Shown in pieces: positions 19,625 through 29,098 of a stretch of 45,749 bases of DNA. Source of the DNA: Acholeplasmataceae bacterium. GTDB lineage: Bacteria; Bacillota_I; Bacilli_A; Acholeplasmatales; Acholeplasmataceae. A program made the position numbers and the translations under genes. The notes beneath the pieces are model-generated. The model did no database searches, was not told the DNA's origin, and saw only the letters and a program-made list of their open reading frames with translations. The stretch covers positions 1 to 45,749 of the forward strand of contig JALQTF010000058.1 in assembly GCA_023264085.1 (NCBI GenBank). The letters run 5' to 3'. The number at the start of each line of letters is the position of its first letter. Position 1 is the first letter of the stretch.

Positions 19625-20797
19625 GTGAAAAAAGAAATTAGATTTATTCTTATCTTAACATTGATCCAAGGAATTGCCCATAATCTTGCACATCCAATTA
19701 CACCAAGCTATGTGTCTTATTTAGGTATAAATGATGTCATGTTTGGTGTTTTTTTTGCTTCAATGAGTGCAGGTATTGTCATGGGTGCGCCTTTATGGGG
19801 GATTCTTTCAGACAAAGGGAATCATAAATTATGGATGTTTATAGGGAACATCATGTATGCCATTGGTCAACTCATATATGGATTTTCTGAAGATGTGAGT
19901 TGGATGATCGTTGCAAGAGTCTTCTCTGGATTAGGTGCTGCATCTGGTATTACGATTTATGCAGCACTCATATTAATGCATTCTAATAAACATGTTGTTG
20001 GAAGAAATTTATCTTTATTTGGTGGGGCACTTACACTTGGTGGGTCACTTGGATACTTCTTCGGTGGTCAATTATCTAGTCTTCAGACATATTTTAATGC
20101 ACTCTCGTATCAATATGTGTTTTTTATTCAATCGATTCTCACAATCGTTTATGCAGTATTTATTATTGTATTGATTAAAAACCCACCTGTAAAAACCAGT
20201 CAAACTTACATTCCTTTTTACAAACATATCCTTTCGATTTTTAATTTAAAACTGCATCAATGGCTGTTTTACATTGCATTATTGATCGCCACGATGAGTT
20301 TTACATTTGTAAGTAAATATGTTGATGTCTATTTCAGAGACTTAAACTATGATCCAAGTATGCTCGGTACATTTGTTTTATTTACAGGGTTGATTAGTTT
20401 ACTAACATCACTTGTAATTGTGCCTAGACTCTTTAAGCTCCCTTTTAATAAAACGTTTATAACAATAACTCTTATAGGTGCTGTGGCTTTATGGATGACC
20501 TTTCAATTATCGAATTTACTTGTAAGTCTTTATACGATATTTTCTATTTATGTGTTTTCTAAAACTGCCCATCAACCGTTTGAACAAAGTCATATCTCTA
20601 CTTATGCTTCTGATGATTACGGAAGAATCATGGGTATAAGACAGTTATTTGTAGGTTTAGGCATGATATTTGGTCCAATAGTTGGTAGCTTCATTTATTC
20701 TTACAATCGCAGTTTATCTTTTGAAATTGCAGCTTATTTGATCATTCTAAGTATTGGCATGATGATGATAAGTATTAAACACCAACCATCTAAATAA
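19625..20797 (+). CDS. MFS transporter (substrate unknown)
   Basis: 390 aa, about 12 hydrophobic segments. MFS motif A-like WGILSDKGNHKL. GTG start with no Shine-Dalgarno. The start is uncertain. Confidence 0.78.
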   Translation: MKKEIRFILILTLIQGIAHNLAHPITPSYVSYLGINDVMFGVFFASMSAGIVMGAPLWGILSDKGNHKLWMFIGNIMYAIGQLIYGFSEDVSWMIVARVFSGLGAASGITIYAALILMHSNKHVVGRNLSLFGGALTLGGSLGYFFGGQLSSLQTYFNALSYQYVFFIQSILTIVYAVFIIVLIKNPPVKTSQTYIPFYKHILSIFNLKLHQWLFYIALLIATMSFTFVSKYVDVYFRDLNYDPSMLGTFVLFTGLISLLTSLVIVPRLFKLPFNKTFITITLIGAVALWMTFQLSNLLVSLYTIFSIYVFSKTAHQPFEQSHISTYASDDYGRIMGIRQLFVGLGMIFGPIVGSFIYSYNRSLSFEIAAYLIILSIGMMMISIKHQPSK

Positions 20798-20852
20798 AAC
20801 GTTTTCATTCATTTGTCTTTTCTTTTTATCTTATAATACATGTGAGGGTATC

Positions 20853-21266
20853 ATGACGTTTTTATTTAAAAATCCATTTGATGGTGATTTACAACCAATT
20901 CAACAAACTCCAGATGACATTTTTTCTCATAAATTATTAGGAGATGGGTTTGTTGTAAACCCTAAAAATAAAACGATTGTTGCACCTATAGAAGGTGTGA
21001 TTGAAACCCTTCATCCATCAAAACATTTATTGATCATTAAAGGCAAAGATGTCCATGTGATGTTACATCTAGGATTTAAGGCCCGTCATGACATTGTGAA
21101 GTGGCACTTAAATATTGGTGATCATGTAACCATTGGTATGCCAATAGGGACACTCTTAGAGAACTTTTTTAAACAGACTTCTAAAGATCAATCTTGTAAT
21201 ATTGTATTTGTAGAAAAAGAAACTTGTACATTAATTAATGACCAAATAACATGTGAGGAGCGTTAA
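20853..21266 (+). CDS. PTS EIIA component, glucose (Crr) subfamily, stand-alone
   Basis: 137 aa. The two-His active-site pattern PSKHLLIIKG-KDVHVMLHLGFK aligns with the Crr TNHAF...ELFVHFGIDT pattern. Downstream NIGDHVTIGMPIG. Confidence 0.8.
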   Translation: MTFLFKNPFDGDLQPIQQTPDDIFSHKLLGDGFVVNPKNKTIVAPIEGVIETLHPSKHLLIIKGKDVHVMLHLGFKARHDIVKWHLNIGDHVTIGMPIGTLLENFFKQTSKDQSCNIVFVEKETCTLINDQITCEER

Positions 21267-22947
21267 TACACTGATTACAATTGTTCCTGGTTATGGAATC
21301 GGTAAAACATATATTGTTGAGTCACTTGAAAAAACACCTTCACTTAAGATTGTCCATGACCCAAAAAAAGAACTTCATATATTAGATCAAGCATTAAAAA
21401 CTTTTAGAGCAGAATTAGAATCTATGTTACATGATCCTTCATCACATGACGTGCTTGCTTTTCAATATGCAATGGCGATGGATGAAGAATTTATACAATC
21501 GATAAAATCTTATATTACTGATAAACAAATGAATGCAGGGTATGCATTGAGAGTGGCATTAGACTACTATGTTTCTGTATTATCTACTTCATCTAATGCA
21601 TACATGCGTGATCGCATTGATGATTTTGAATCTTTTTATGAACGAATGTTATATGTCATACAAGGCATCCCTTTCATCGATATGAAACACATTCAAGAAG
21701 ATATTATCGTTGTATTAAAAACACTTAACTTACATATCATGAATCAATTGAGTACGTTGCATGTCAAAGGTATCATCACATCATCAAAATCAATCACATC
21801 ACATGCAGCGATTATCGCCAAGCAAAAAGGCATTCCATCTTTATTTGGAGTAGATGATTTAGATCAATTCAAGCATGGTGATTTAATGATTCTTGATGCC
21901 GATGAAAAACAAATTCATATTCAACCTAATGCTAAAGTGATTGATGCGTATCATAAACCTCTTAATAAAGAGACCTCTCAAGCAACTCAATTCGCACAAT
22001 GGAAACATCAACCATCTATAACAAAAGATGGTATTCATATTCCTGTTGAAGCAAATATGTCATCCATACATGACCTAGAAGGTATACAATCATCTGGTGC
22101 TGAAGGTATCGGATTGATTCGTACTGAATTATTATTTATTGATAAATTACTAACACCTTCATTTGAAGATCAATTACACATATATCAAAGTATTGTAAAG
22201 CAGTATGAAGGTCATCCCATTACATTTAGGTTATTTGATCTAGGTGGTGAAAAAGTCGTACCTTTTATTAGATTAAAAAAAGAAGACAATCCTTTATTAG
22301 GTTTACGTGGAATTCGTCTTTTCCAGAAATATCAACAACTCTTCTACAACCAAATCAAAGCATTGTTAATGAGTGCTGCTCACGGTCATGTGCGATTATT
22401 GATACCCATGGTCTCTACAAAAAAAGAACTTATTGAAGTCATTACATTTATCAATCAAATCAAACAAGAATGTATCGATAAAAACATACCTGTTGGTGAT
22501 ATCAAAATCGGTGTGATGATTGAAGTTCCTTCATTAGCTTTATCTGCGCATTTAATATCGCCGATTGTTGATTTTTTCTCAATCGGTACGAATGATCTTG
22601 TGCAATATACAATGGCTTCTGATCGTTCTTTGTTACTTGATAATGACATTGCAGATCCATTTCATCCTTCCATCATTTCACTCATCAATCATGTTGCAGA
22701 AAGTGCAAATAAACATCATATTCCTGTAAGCGTATGTGGGGATATTGCATCTAATGAAGATTATGCATCCTTACTTATTGCTTTAGGGATAACAAGTTTG
22801 TCAATGGTTCCAAATAAAATTTTATCCATGAAACAACATATCTCAGAATTACATGTACATCATTTAAAATCATTAAAGCCTGATATATTATTAGTTGATG
22901 ATGAAGAAAAAGTCAAAATATTATTTAAAAAAACACCTTCATTTTAG
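21253..22947 (+). CDS. ptsI: Phosphoenolpyruvate--protein phosphotransferase (PTS Enzyme I)
   Basis: 564 aa. Phospho-His region SITSHAAIIAKQKGIP. PEP-utilising signatures GIGLIRTELLF, FSIGTNDLVQY and catalytic Cys SVCGDIAS. Overlaps the EIIA gene by 14 nt. Confidence 0.92.
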   Translation: MRSVNTLITIVPGYGIGKTYIVESLEKTPSLKIVHDPKKELHILDQALKTFRAELESMLHDPSSHDVLAFQYAMAMDEEFIQSIKSYITDKQMNAGYALRVALDYYVSVLSTSSNAYMRDRIDDFESFYERMLYVIQGIPFIDMKHIQEDIIVVLKTLNLHIMNQLSTLHVKGIITSSKSITSHAAIIAKQKGIPSLFGVDDLDQFKHGDLMILDADEKQIHIQPNAKVIDAYHKPLNKETSQATQFAQWKHQPSITKDGIHIPVEANMSSIHDLEGIQSSGAEGIGLIRTELLFIDKLLTPSFEDQLHIYQSIVKQYEGHPITFRLFDLGGEKVVPFIRLKKEDNPLLGLRGIRLFQKYQQLFYNQIKALLMSAAHGHVRLLIPMVSTKKELIEVITFINQIKQECIDKNIPVGDIKIGVMIEVPSLALSAHLISPIVDFFSIGTNDLVQYTMASDRSLLLDNDIADPFHPSIISLINHVAESANKHHIPVSVCGDIASNEDYASLLIALGITSLSMVPNKILSMKQHISELHVHHLKSLKPDILLVDDEEKVKILFKKTPSF

Positions 22948-22962
22948 AAGGTGTTTTTTTTA
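22927..22962. terminator. Bidirectional terminator between ptsI and the ABC-2 permease gene
   Basis: AAAAAAACACCTTC-atttta-GAAGGTGTTTTTTT, a 14-bp stem including the A/T extension. The ptsI TAG sits at the loop/stem junction and the permease TAA lies in the T-run. Confidence 0.75.
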
Positions 22963-24195
22963 TTCATGTTTCGATTTTTGAATATAAAATTTAAGTCGTT
23001 TAAATAATTTTGTTTGTTCATAACTAAGGATTGCAACTTTATATATCGGCGTGACAAGTATAATGACAATCCCTGTAGATATAAGTAATGTTAATAAAGC
23101 CAATATAACCTCAATATTTGAGAGTAGTCCTGAAGCATAGGCTATAGGCACTGTCATTGGTGCAAAAAAAGGAATAAAGGAAGCAACTTTTAAGATCGTA
23201 TCTCCTCCTGCAGCGGAGGCAAATAAAGAAATATAAAATCCTATGACAAGCAAGATCATGATTGGTCCTTGAAAGGTTTGATAATCTTCTTGAGTCGTTG
23301 CGATTGAGGCTGTTAATGCAGCAATCACTAAATACAGCATCGCACCAATGAATATAAATAAAGTCGTAATCATTAATATACTTTGCCAGTTAGGAAAGTA
23401 TTGAACAAATACTTCAGTTAAAGATTCTGTTGTAATCCCTGTAACAGATGAACTTTGATTTCCTATGGCACTACCAATGAACCCATATGTAATTAGTAAT
23501 ACACTTTGAATAAGAATAAATATTAAACTCGCAATAATTTTTGATAAAAAATGAATGCTTGCTTTGACACTTGAAATAATGGTTTCAATAGCTTTAGATG
23601 ATTTCTCTTCAATAATATCAACACCAACAAATTGAATTCCAAAGGTCAATATTAGAAATAATGGCAGCGTAAACACAGAAGATAATCCACTGATGATTTC
23701 ATTAATGACTGGATCTTCATAGTCTTGTGGTAAAAAGGTTTCTGTTGTTGGTGGTATGTAGTTTTGATTTTGATTGATCACATCTAAAAGTTGAATGGTT
23801 TGCAAAATCGCAGTATCATGAGTTGTATTAAACCGAAACATTTGAATATTGATAGATGATTCTTCAGAATTGAGTACCAACAATATATCGTATAACTGTT
23901 GATCAAAAAATGTATCTTTTAGTTCTAATGAACCTTCAGTAAATATAAATATGTCTTCTTCTAAACCTTCATTAAGTGTTATACTCAGTGCTGAAATATA
24001 AGGTAATGTCTCATGATCTGTGATATATGCAATTTGAACGGTTGGATCATTATCATTATCAAATAAGCCAATGATTGTTGGTAAATTAATAATCACAATG
24101 GTGAGTAATCCAATGATGATATTTGAAATTAAAAATGACTTTTTAAGAATTCTTTTTTTTAATCCAAATGCAATGAGAAATTTAAGCTTTTTCAT
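22960..24195 (-). CDS. ABC-2 type transporter permease (NatB-like)
   Basis: 411 aa. N-terminal TM, a large extracytoplasmic loop, then about 5 C-terminal TMs. Overlaps the upstream ABC ATPase gene by 14 nt. Confidence 0.72.
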   Translation of the reverse strand: MKKLKFLIAFGLKKRILKKSFLISNIIIGLLTIVIINLPTIIGLFDNDNDPTVQIAYITDHETLPYISALSITLNEGLEEDIFIFTEGSLELKDTFFDQQLYDILLVLNSEESSINIQMFRFNTTHDTAILQTIQLLDVINQNQNYIPPTTETFLPQDYEDPVINEIISGLSSVFTLPLFLILTFGIQFVGVDIIEEKSSKAIETIISSVKASIHFLSKIIASLIFILIQSVLLITYGFIGSAIGNQSSSVTGITTESLTEVFVQYFPNWQSILMITTLFIFIGAMLYLVIAALTASIATTQEDYQTFQGPIMILLVIGFYISLFASAAGGDTILKVASFIPFFAPMTVPIAYASGLLSNIEVILALLTLLISTGIVIILVTPIYKVAILSYEQTKLFKRLKFYIQKSKHE

Positions 24196-25084
24196 GTTTG
24201 GTCACCTTATCGATAAAAATTTCTGAAAGAGGAGGTTCTAAAACATCAAATGTCATCACATCTTCATAATTTTTTACAACATCAAAGACATCTTTGACAT
24301 ATGCTTTAGAAGCAACTTTAACCATAGTTGCATTAGGTTGTTCTTCAATATTAATGACACCATTCACTGCTTTAAGTGATGACAAATCCATATGTTTGGC
24401 TTTGATTTTGATATTTAATTTTTGATAGGCTTCCTTAATTTGCTGAATTGGGCCTTCTAAAATGACTTGACCTTTCTCTAAAACAATGATTTTCTCACAA
24501 AATGATTCCACATGATCAAGCTGATGAGATGAAAATATAACCATCGCACCTTGCTTTTGAAAATCTCTAATTGTACGAACAAAAAGTTCAGTATTTATTG
24601 GATCAAGTCCACTAAAGGGTTCATCTAATATAAGAAGTTTAGGATTATTAATTAATGCTGCAATAAATTGTATTTTTTGCTGATTTCCTTTGGATAATTC
24701 CTTTACTTTTTTATTTTTATATTCTGTAATGTTGAAACGATCTAGCCAATAATCCAATCGTTTCTCAATATCATCTTTTAAGACATCCTTTAATTGTCCT
24801 AAGTAAAACATTAAATCTTTGACAGTAATTTTTGTTAATAACGAACGTTCTTCAATCATATAACCAATGTCATTCACATCATCATAACTTACTTGATGAC
24901 CGTTTAAAGTAATCATTCCTGATTTAGGTTGAATGAGTCCCATAATCATTCGAAATGTCGTTGTTTTACCGGCACCATTAGTACCTAATAAACCAAATAT
25001 TTCACCTGGTTTAAGCGTAAAAGATATATTTTGTACAGCTTTTACTTCTCCATATGACATGGAGACGTTTTTCACTTCTAACAT
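24182..25084 (-). CDS. ABC transporter ATP-binding protein (NatA-like)
   Basis: Walker A GTNGAGKTT, signature LSKGNQQK, Walker B LLILDEP. I start it at ATG 25084 (MLEVKNV...) behind a GAGGTGA RBS. The ORF-track start at 25111 would lie upstream of the predicted promoter -10. Confidence 0.9.
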   Translation of the reverse strand: MLEVKNVSMSYGEVKAVQNISFTLKPGEIFGLLGTNGAGKTTTFRMIMGLIQPKSGMITLNGHQVSYDDVNDIGYMIEERSLLTKITVKDLMFYLGQLKDVLKDDIEKRLDYWLDRFNITEYKNKKVKELSKGNQQKIQFIAALINNPKLLILDEPFSGLDPINTELFVRTIRDFQKQGAMVIFSSHQLDHVESFCEKIIVLEKGQVILEGPIQQIKEAYQKLNIKIKAKHMDLSSLKAVNGVINIEEQPNATMVKVASKAYVKDVFDVVKNYEDVMTFDVLEPPLSEIFIDKVTKHEKA

Positions 25085-25101
25085 CGTGTCACCTCGTTCA
25101 T

Positions 25102-25130
25102 AGTATATCAATATTATTATAAATTATCAA
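25102..25130 (-). promoter_or_regulatory. Sigma-A type promoter of the ABC-2 transporter operon
   Basis: Minus strand TTGATA - 17 nt (counted) - TATACT. The GAGGTGA RBS and ATG 25084 follow. Confidence 0.55.
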
Positions 25131-25145
25131 ATATTATTTAATATT

Positions 25146-25176
25146 ACAAAAAAATATGCACCTATAAGTGCATATT
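25146..25176 (-). terminator. Rho-independent terminator of thrS
   Basis: Minus strand ATATGCAC-ttatag-GTGCATAT followed by TTTTTTTG. The thrS TAG stop lies in the loop. Confidence 0.7.
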
Positions 25177-27075
25177 CAAATTCATACATAATGTTTTAAA
25201 TGCTTCTAAAGATAATGTTTCTTGTTGTTGTGACCCATAACGTCTTAAAGTGACGGTTTGTTGTTCAACTTCTTGGTCACCAAGCACTAAAGTAAATGGA
25301 ATCTTTTCTGTTTGAGCAGCACGGATTTTATATCCCATTTTTTCATTTCTAAGATCCAATTCAACTCTAAATGCAGACAGCGCTTGTTTGACTTCTTCAG
25401 CATAAGCTGCATGCAAGTCAAGATGCACTGGAATGATTTTTACTTGAGTTGGAGATAACCAAAATGGGAAAGCCCCTTTGTATTCTTCAATTAAATATGC
25501 AACGAATCGTTCCATTGTTGAAACAATCCCTCTATGGATGACGACTGGTCGGTGATTTCCTCCATCTTCTCCTACATACGTTAAATCAAATTTTTCAGGC
25601 AACAAGAAGTCCAATTGAATCGTTGATAATGTTTCTTCATGTCCTAATGCTGTTTTCACTTGAACATCTAGTTTAGGACCGTAAAACGCTGCTTCTCCTT
25701 TGGCTTCATAATATGGAATCTCTAATTCATCCATCGCTTCTTTCAACATTGATTCTGCTTTATTCCACATAACATCATCAGGATAATATTTTTCTTTATC
25801 TTCGTGATCACGATAACTTAAACGACATGTAAAATCGGTGATCTCAAAATCTTTATATACATCAAATAATAAGTAGGCCACGCGTTTAAATTCTTCTTTA
25901 ATTTGATCTGGTCTCACAAAAATATGGGCATCATTGAGTGTCATTTCTCTAACACGTTGAAGTCCTGATAGTGCACCACTTTTTTCATAACGATGCATCA
26001 TACCTAATTCTGCGATGCGAATTGGAAGTTCTTTATAACTATGGATGTCTTGTTTAAAGATTAACATATGATGTGGACAATTCATCGGTCTTAAAACGAG
26101 TAATTCACCATCGCCCATGTCCATTGGTGGAAACATATTTTCATGATAATGATCCCAATGTCCAGACGTTTTATACAAATCTACATTTGCCATAATAGGT
26201 GTATAAACATGATCATATCCTAAAGCAATTTCTTTATCGGTAATGTAGCGTTCGATCACGCGTCTTATGGTCGCACCTTTTTTTAACCAGAAGGGTAAAC
26301 CAGCACCTGCTTCTTTTGTTGTCATAAAAAGATTTTGTGCTTTACCAATTTTTCTATGATCACGAGCTTTTCTTTCTTCAAGTAATTGTAAATAATTTTG
26401 TAAATCCGCATCACTAAAAAATGCCGTTCCATAAATACGTGTTAGCATATCATTTTTGGCATCGCCTCTAAAATAAGCACCTGCTAAACTCAATAATTTG
26501 AAATGCTTAATCAGTCCGGTATGACTTACATGTCCACCACGACATAAATCGGTAAAATCCCCTTGAGTATAAAATGTTAGTTGGTCATCTTTGTATTGCT
26601 CAATAATATCTAATTTATATTTGTCATGTTTAAATATTGTTTTTGCTTCCTCATAAGATATTTCTTTTCTAACAATCGGTAAAGCTTGATCTTTAAATGT
26701 GTGCATCTTTTTTTCAATGCGTACTAAATCATCTTCGGTTAATTGATAGTCTGGTACTGAGACGTCATAATAAAATCCTTCATCAATGGCAGGTCCTACC
26801 CCAAAAAGGGCATTAGGAAATAATGATAAAACTGCTTGTGCGAGTAAGTGTGCAGCAGAATGTCTTAAAAAATATAAAGCTTCAGAATCTTTTTTTGTAA
26901 CGATTTTAAATGTCGCATCTGTAAAGAGTGGTCTTGAAAGTTCAATATATTGATTATTAATGATTGCACCAATGGCTTCTTTAGCTAAACTCTTTGAAAT
27001 AGATGAGGCAATCTCATAGACAGTCATACCATCTTCATATGTTTTGATACTTCCATCAGGAAATGTTAACTTCAT
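25162..27075 (-). CDS. thrS: Threonine--tRNA ligase
   Basis: 637 aa. N-terminal TGS domain, editing HSAAHLL, class II motifs [27 protein letters not shown], and a C-terminal anticodon-binding domain. Confidence 0.97.
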   Translation of the reverse strand: MKLTFPDGSIKTYEDGMTVYEIASSISKSLAKEAIGAIINNQYIELSRPLFTDATFKIVTKKDSEALYFLRHSAAHLLAQAVLSLFPNALFGVGPAIDEGFYYDVSVPDYQLTEDDLVRIEKKMHTFKDQALPIVRKEISYEEAKTIFKHDKYKLDIIEQYKDDQLTFYTQGDFTDLCRGGHVSHTGLIKHFKLLSLAGAYFRGDAKNDMLTRIYGTAFFSDADLQNYLQLLEERKARDHRKIGKAQNLFMTTKEAGAGLPFWLKKGATIRRVIERYITDKEIALGYDHVYTPIMANVDLYKTSGHWDHYHENMFPPMDMGDGELLVLRPMNCPHHMLIFKQDIHSYKELPIRIAELGMMHRYEKSGALSGLQRVREMTLNDAHIFVRPDQIKEEFKRVAYLLFDVYKDFEITDFTCRLSYRDHEDKEKYYPDDVMWNKAESMLKEAMDELEIPYYEAKGEAAFYGPKLDVQVKTALGHEETLSTIQLDFLLPEKFDLTYVGEDGGNHRPVVIHRGIVSTMERFVAYLIEEYKGAFPFWLSPTQVKIIPVHLDLHAAYAEEVKQALSAFRVELDLRNEKMGYKIRAAQTEKIPFTLVLGDQEVEQQTVTLRRYGSQQQETLSLEAFKTLCMNLNMHL

Positions 27076-27091
27076 AAATATCCTCTTTCAT

Positions 27092-27120
27092 AAAAAAGAT
27101 GCCTTATCGATGGATAAGAC
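27092..27120 (-). terminator. Weak hairpin + U-tract between dnaI and thrS (dnaI terminator and/or thrS 5' leader element)
   Basis: Minus strand CTTATC-catc-GATAAG, then GCATCTTTTTT. The stem is only 6 bp. It lies downstream of a candidate thrS -10 box. Confidence 0.35.
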
Positions 27121-27126
27121 ACGCTT

Positions 27127-27135
27127 ATTATAGCA
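27127..27135 (-). promoter_or_regulatory. Extended -10 promoter element upstream of thrS
   Basis: Minus strand TGCTATAAT, with TAGAAA at the -35 position (17-nt spacer). Confidence 0.4.
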
Positions 27136-27152
27136 TAAAATAAGAACTTTTT

Positions 27153-27947
27153 CTATGATAACTTGACTAATTCTGTCATGTCACGAAGTCTTCTTATAAG
27201 CCTTGTTGCTTTCACTCTATTAATTTCATCATGCCCACTTGCAAGTGCGTCAACAAGTTGAGACATGGAATAATTAGAAGAAACATATATTGGTAAAGAT
27301 GCACTTAAACGATATTGAATGAGTGGCATCAATATTTCATCTCTAAACCATGGTGAATGAAATTCACCACCTAAGTCATCTAAAATTAAAATGGAAGTTT
27401 GTTTTAAGATGTTGATGCGTTTTTCTATAGTACCTTCATCTATACCTTGTTTAAAACCTCTAATTAAATCTGGTACATATGTAAAAATGACATCGATATC
27501 TTTTGCTGCATAATAAGCTGCAATTGCAGATAATAAGTAACTTTTTCCGGACCCGTATGGACCATGGATATACATTCCTTTTGTTGTTTTTTTATCCATA
27601 TACATTTGCACTGAAGTTTTGGCAATCTCTAAAGCTTTTTTCCTCATGTCAGAAGATTGATGAAACGCATCAAATGAAGCATCTTGTATATAAATATCAC
27701 TGTCAAATAATGATAAATATTGTCTGAGTTTTTGTTGTTTCACTTCATATGCTTTTTCTTTTGTAGGACGATACACAATTTCAATATAAGGTTCTTTGAT
27801 GAGTACGGGAATATATCCATCATATTCCTTTTGATCGTACTTATCCATTAAATATTGATAGACTTTTAATACATCGGTATCATCTAGTTTTAAATCTTTC
27901 GTTTCAGCATCATTTAATATAATTTCTCGCATGTCTAATAAAGTCAT
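27153..27947 (-). CDS. dnaI: Primosomal helicase loader DnaI
   Basis: 264 aa. AAA+ Walker A HGPYGSGKSYLL and Walker B ILILDDLG. Follows Firmicute-type dnaB with a 4-nt overlap. Confidence 0.88.
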   Translation of the reverse strand: MTLLDMREIILNDAETKDLKLDDTDVLKVYQYLMDKYDQKEYDGYIPVLIKEPYIEIVYRPTKEKAYEVKQQKLRQYLSLFDSDIYIQDASFDAFHQSSDMRKKALEIAKTSVQMYMDKKTTKGMYIHGPYGSGKSYLLSAIAAYYAAKDIDVIFTYVPDLIRGFKQGIDEGTIEKRINILKQTSILILDDLGGEFHSPWFRDEILMPLIQYRLSASLPIYVSSNYSMSQLVDALASGHDEINRVKATRLIRRLRDMTELVKLS

Positions 27948-29098
27948 AAAGCGTCCTCCTCTTTTTTGAGTTCCGCTAAATAATCATCTAACCAATCAGG
28001 TTCAACAGAAACACGTACAGATTTCTTTATTTGTTTTTTCTGATATGTTGATTCTAATTTGGTTGTCATTTCAACAGCATCTTGAGATGTTGTTACACCT
28101 TTAGACATCCAATCTAGAAGTATTTTCTCTAAATAATTTAAATGAGGCAAAACCCCTTCTTTGCGTTTTAAAACAAAGACTAATAAAACATTAATAACAC
28201 CAAGCTCGATATGATTTCTTTCGACAAGTGATGTAATCGTATCTAGTGCAATGCCTTGATGATCAGACTTTCCATACTTTTGGATAATGTAAAGAGGAGA
28301 GATCTTGTTGTAGTCATTAAAAGGTTGTTCTTTTTTATCATCAATGGTTAAAATTTGATGTTGTTCAAAGTAACGTTTTGCAGCATTTTTGATTGCTTCA
28401 TTTTTAATAAGTTGCGTTGGATGTATCGATGTTATAATTTGGTTTAAATCTTCTTGATTCAATTGATAAATGAATACAAGATTTTCAATGAGTTGTCTTG
28501 TTGTTGATTTTAACAATGATGGTTTTTTATGAGCTGATGGTAGTTGGTCGACCCATGACTCATACGGAAAACGTGTTTTTAAAACTGATGCATGTACACC
28601 ACCATTCTCAAACAACGGTGTTTCAATCGATAGTTTTTTTACATGATCAACATCAAAGACATCATCATAGTGAATGTCTTTTCTTTGATAACCTATATAA
28701 GGTTGTAGCACTTTAAATTGATCAATAAGAAATGTTAATGTCGTGTTCCCAATTTTTTGTTCTAGCGTGATACCAAAAATCGTATCAGTTAAAAATTGCT
28801 TTGCAGTCATGGGTTTTTTGATTTGTAATAAAACATCATCTTTTGATTCAAATACATCTAATAGTGCGTGTGCTTGTAATTTATTACATGCATCATCCAA
28901 TTGATTTTTGGTGACCACAAGTAAGTTAAGTATCTCTTTTTCGGTGACAGAAATGACATCTTTTTGATATGTCAATGAAAAAATAAAATGATACAGTGAA
29001 AAAGCCACTTGACCAATCAGTGGTTGATATAAAAGTGATATAACTTTATGATCATGCCCAGATAAATCAATTGGGGCATATAATTTAAGTGTTGCCAT
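27944..29098 (-). CDS. dnaB: Replication initiation and membrane attachment protein (Firmicute DnaB, DnaD-domain family)
   Basis: 384 aa. The N-terminal LLYQPLIGQVAFSLY motif matches Bacillus DnaB. Located immediately upstream of dnaI. Confidence 0.8.
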   Translation of the reverse strand: MATLKLYAPIDLSGHDHKVISLLYQPLIGQVAFSLYHFIFSLTYQKDVISVTEKEILNLLVVTKNQLDDACNKLQAHALLDVFESKDDVLLQIKKPMTAKQFLTDTIFGITLEQKIGNTTLTFLIDQFKVLQPYIGYQRKDIHYDDVFDVDHVKKLSIETPLFENGGVHASVLKTRFPYESWVDQLPSAHKKPSLLKSTTRQLIENLVFIYQLNQEDLNQIITSIHPTQLIKNEAIKNAAKRYFEQHQILTIDDKKEQPFNDYNKISPLYIIQKYGKSDHQGIALDTITSLVERNHIELGVINVLLVFVLKRKEGVLPHLNYLEKILLDWMSKGVTTSQDAVEMTTKLESTYQKKQIKKSVRVSVEPDWLDDYLAELKKEEDAL

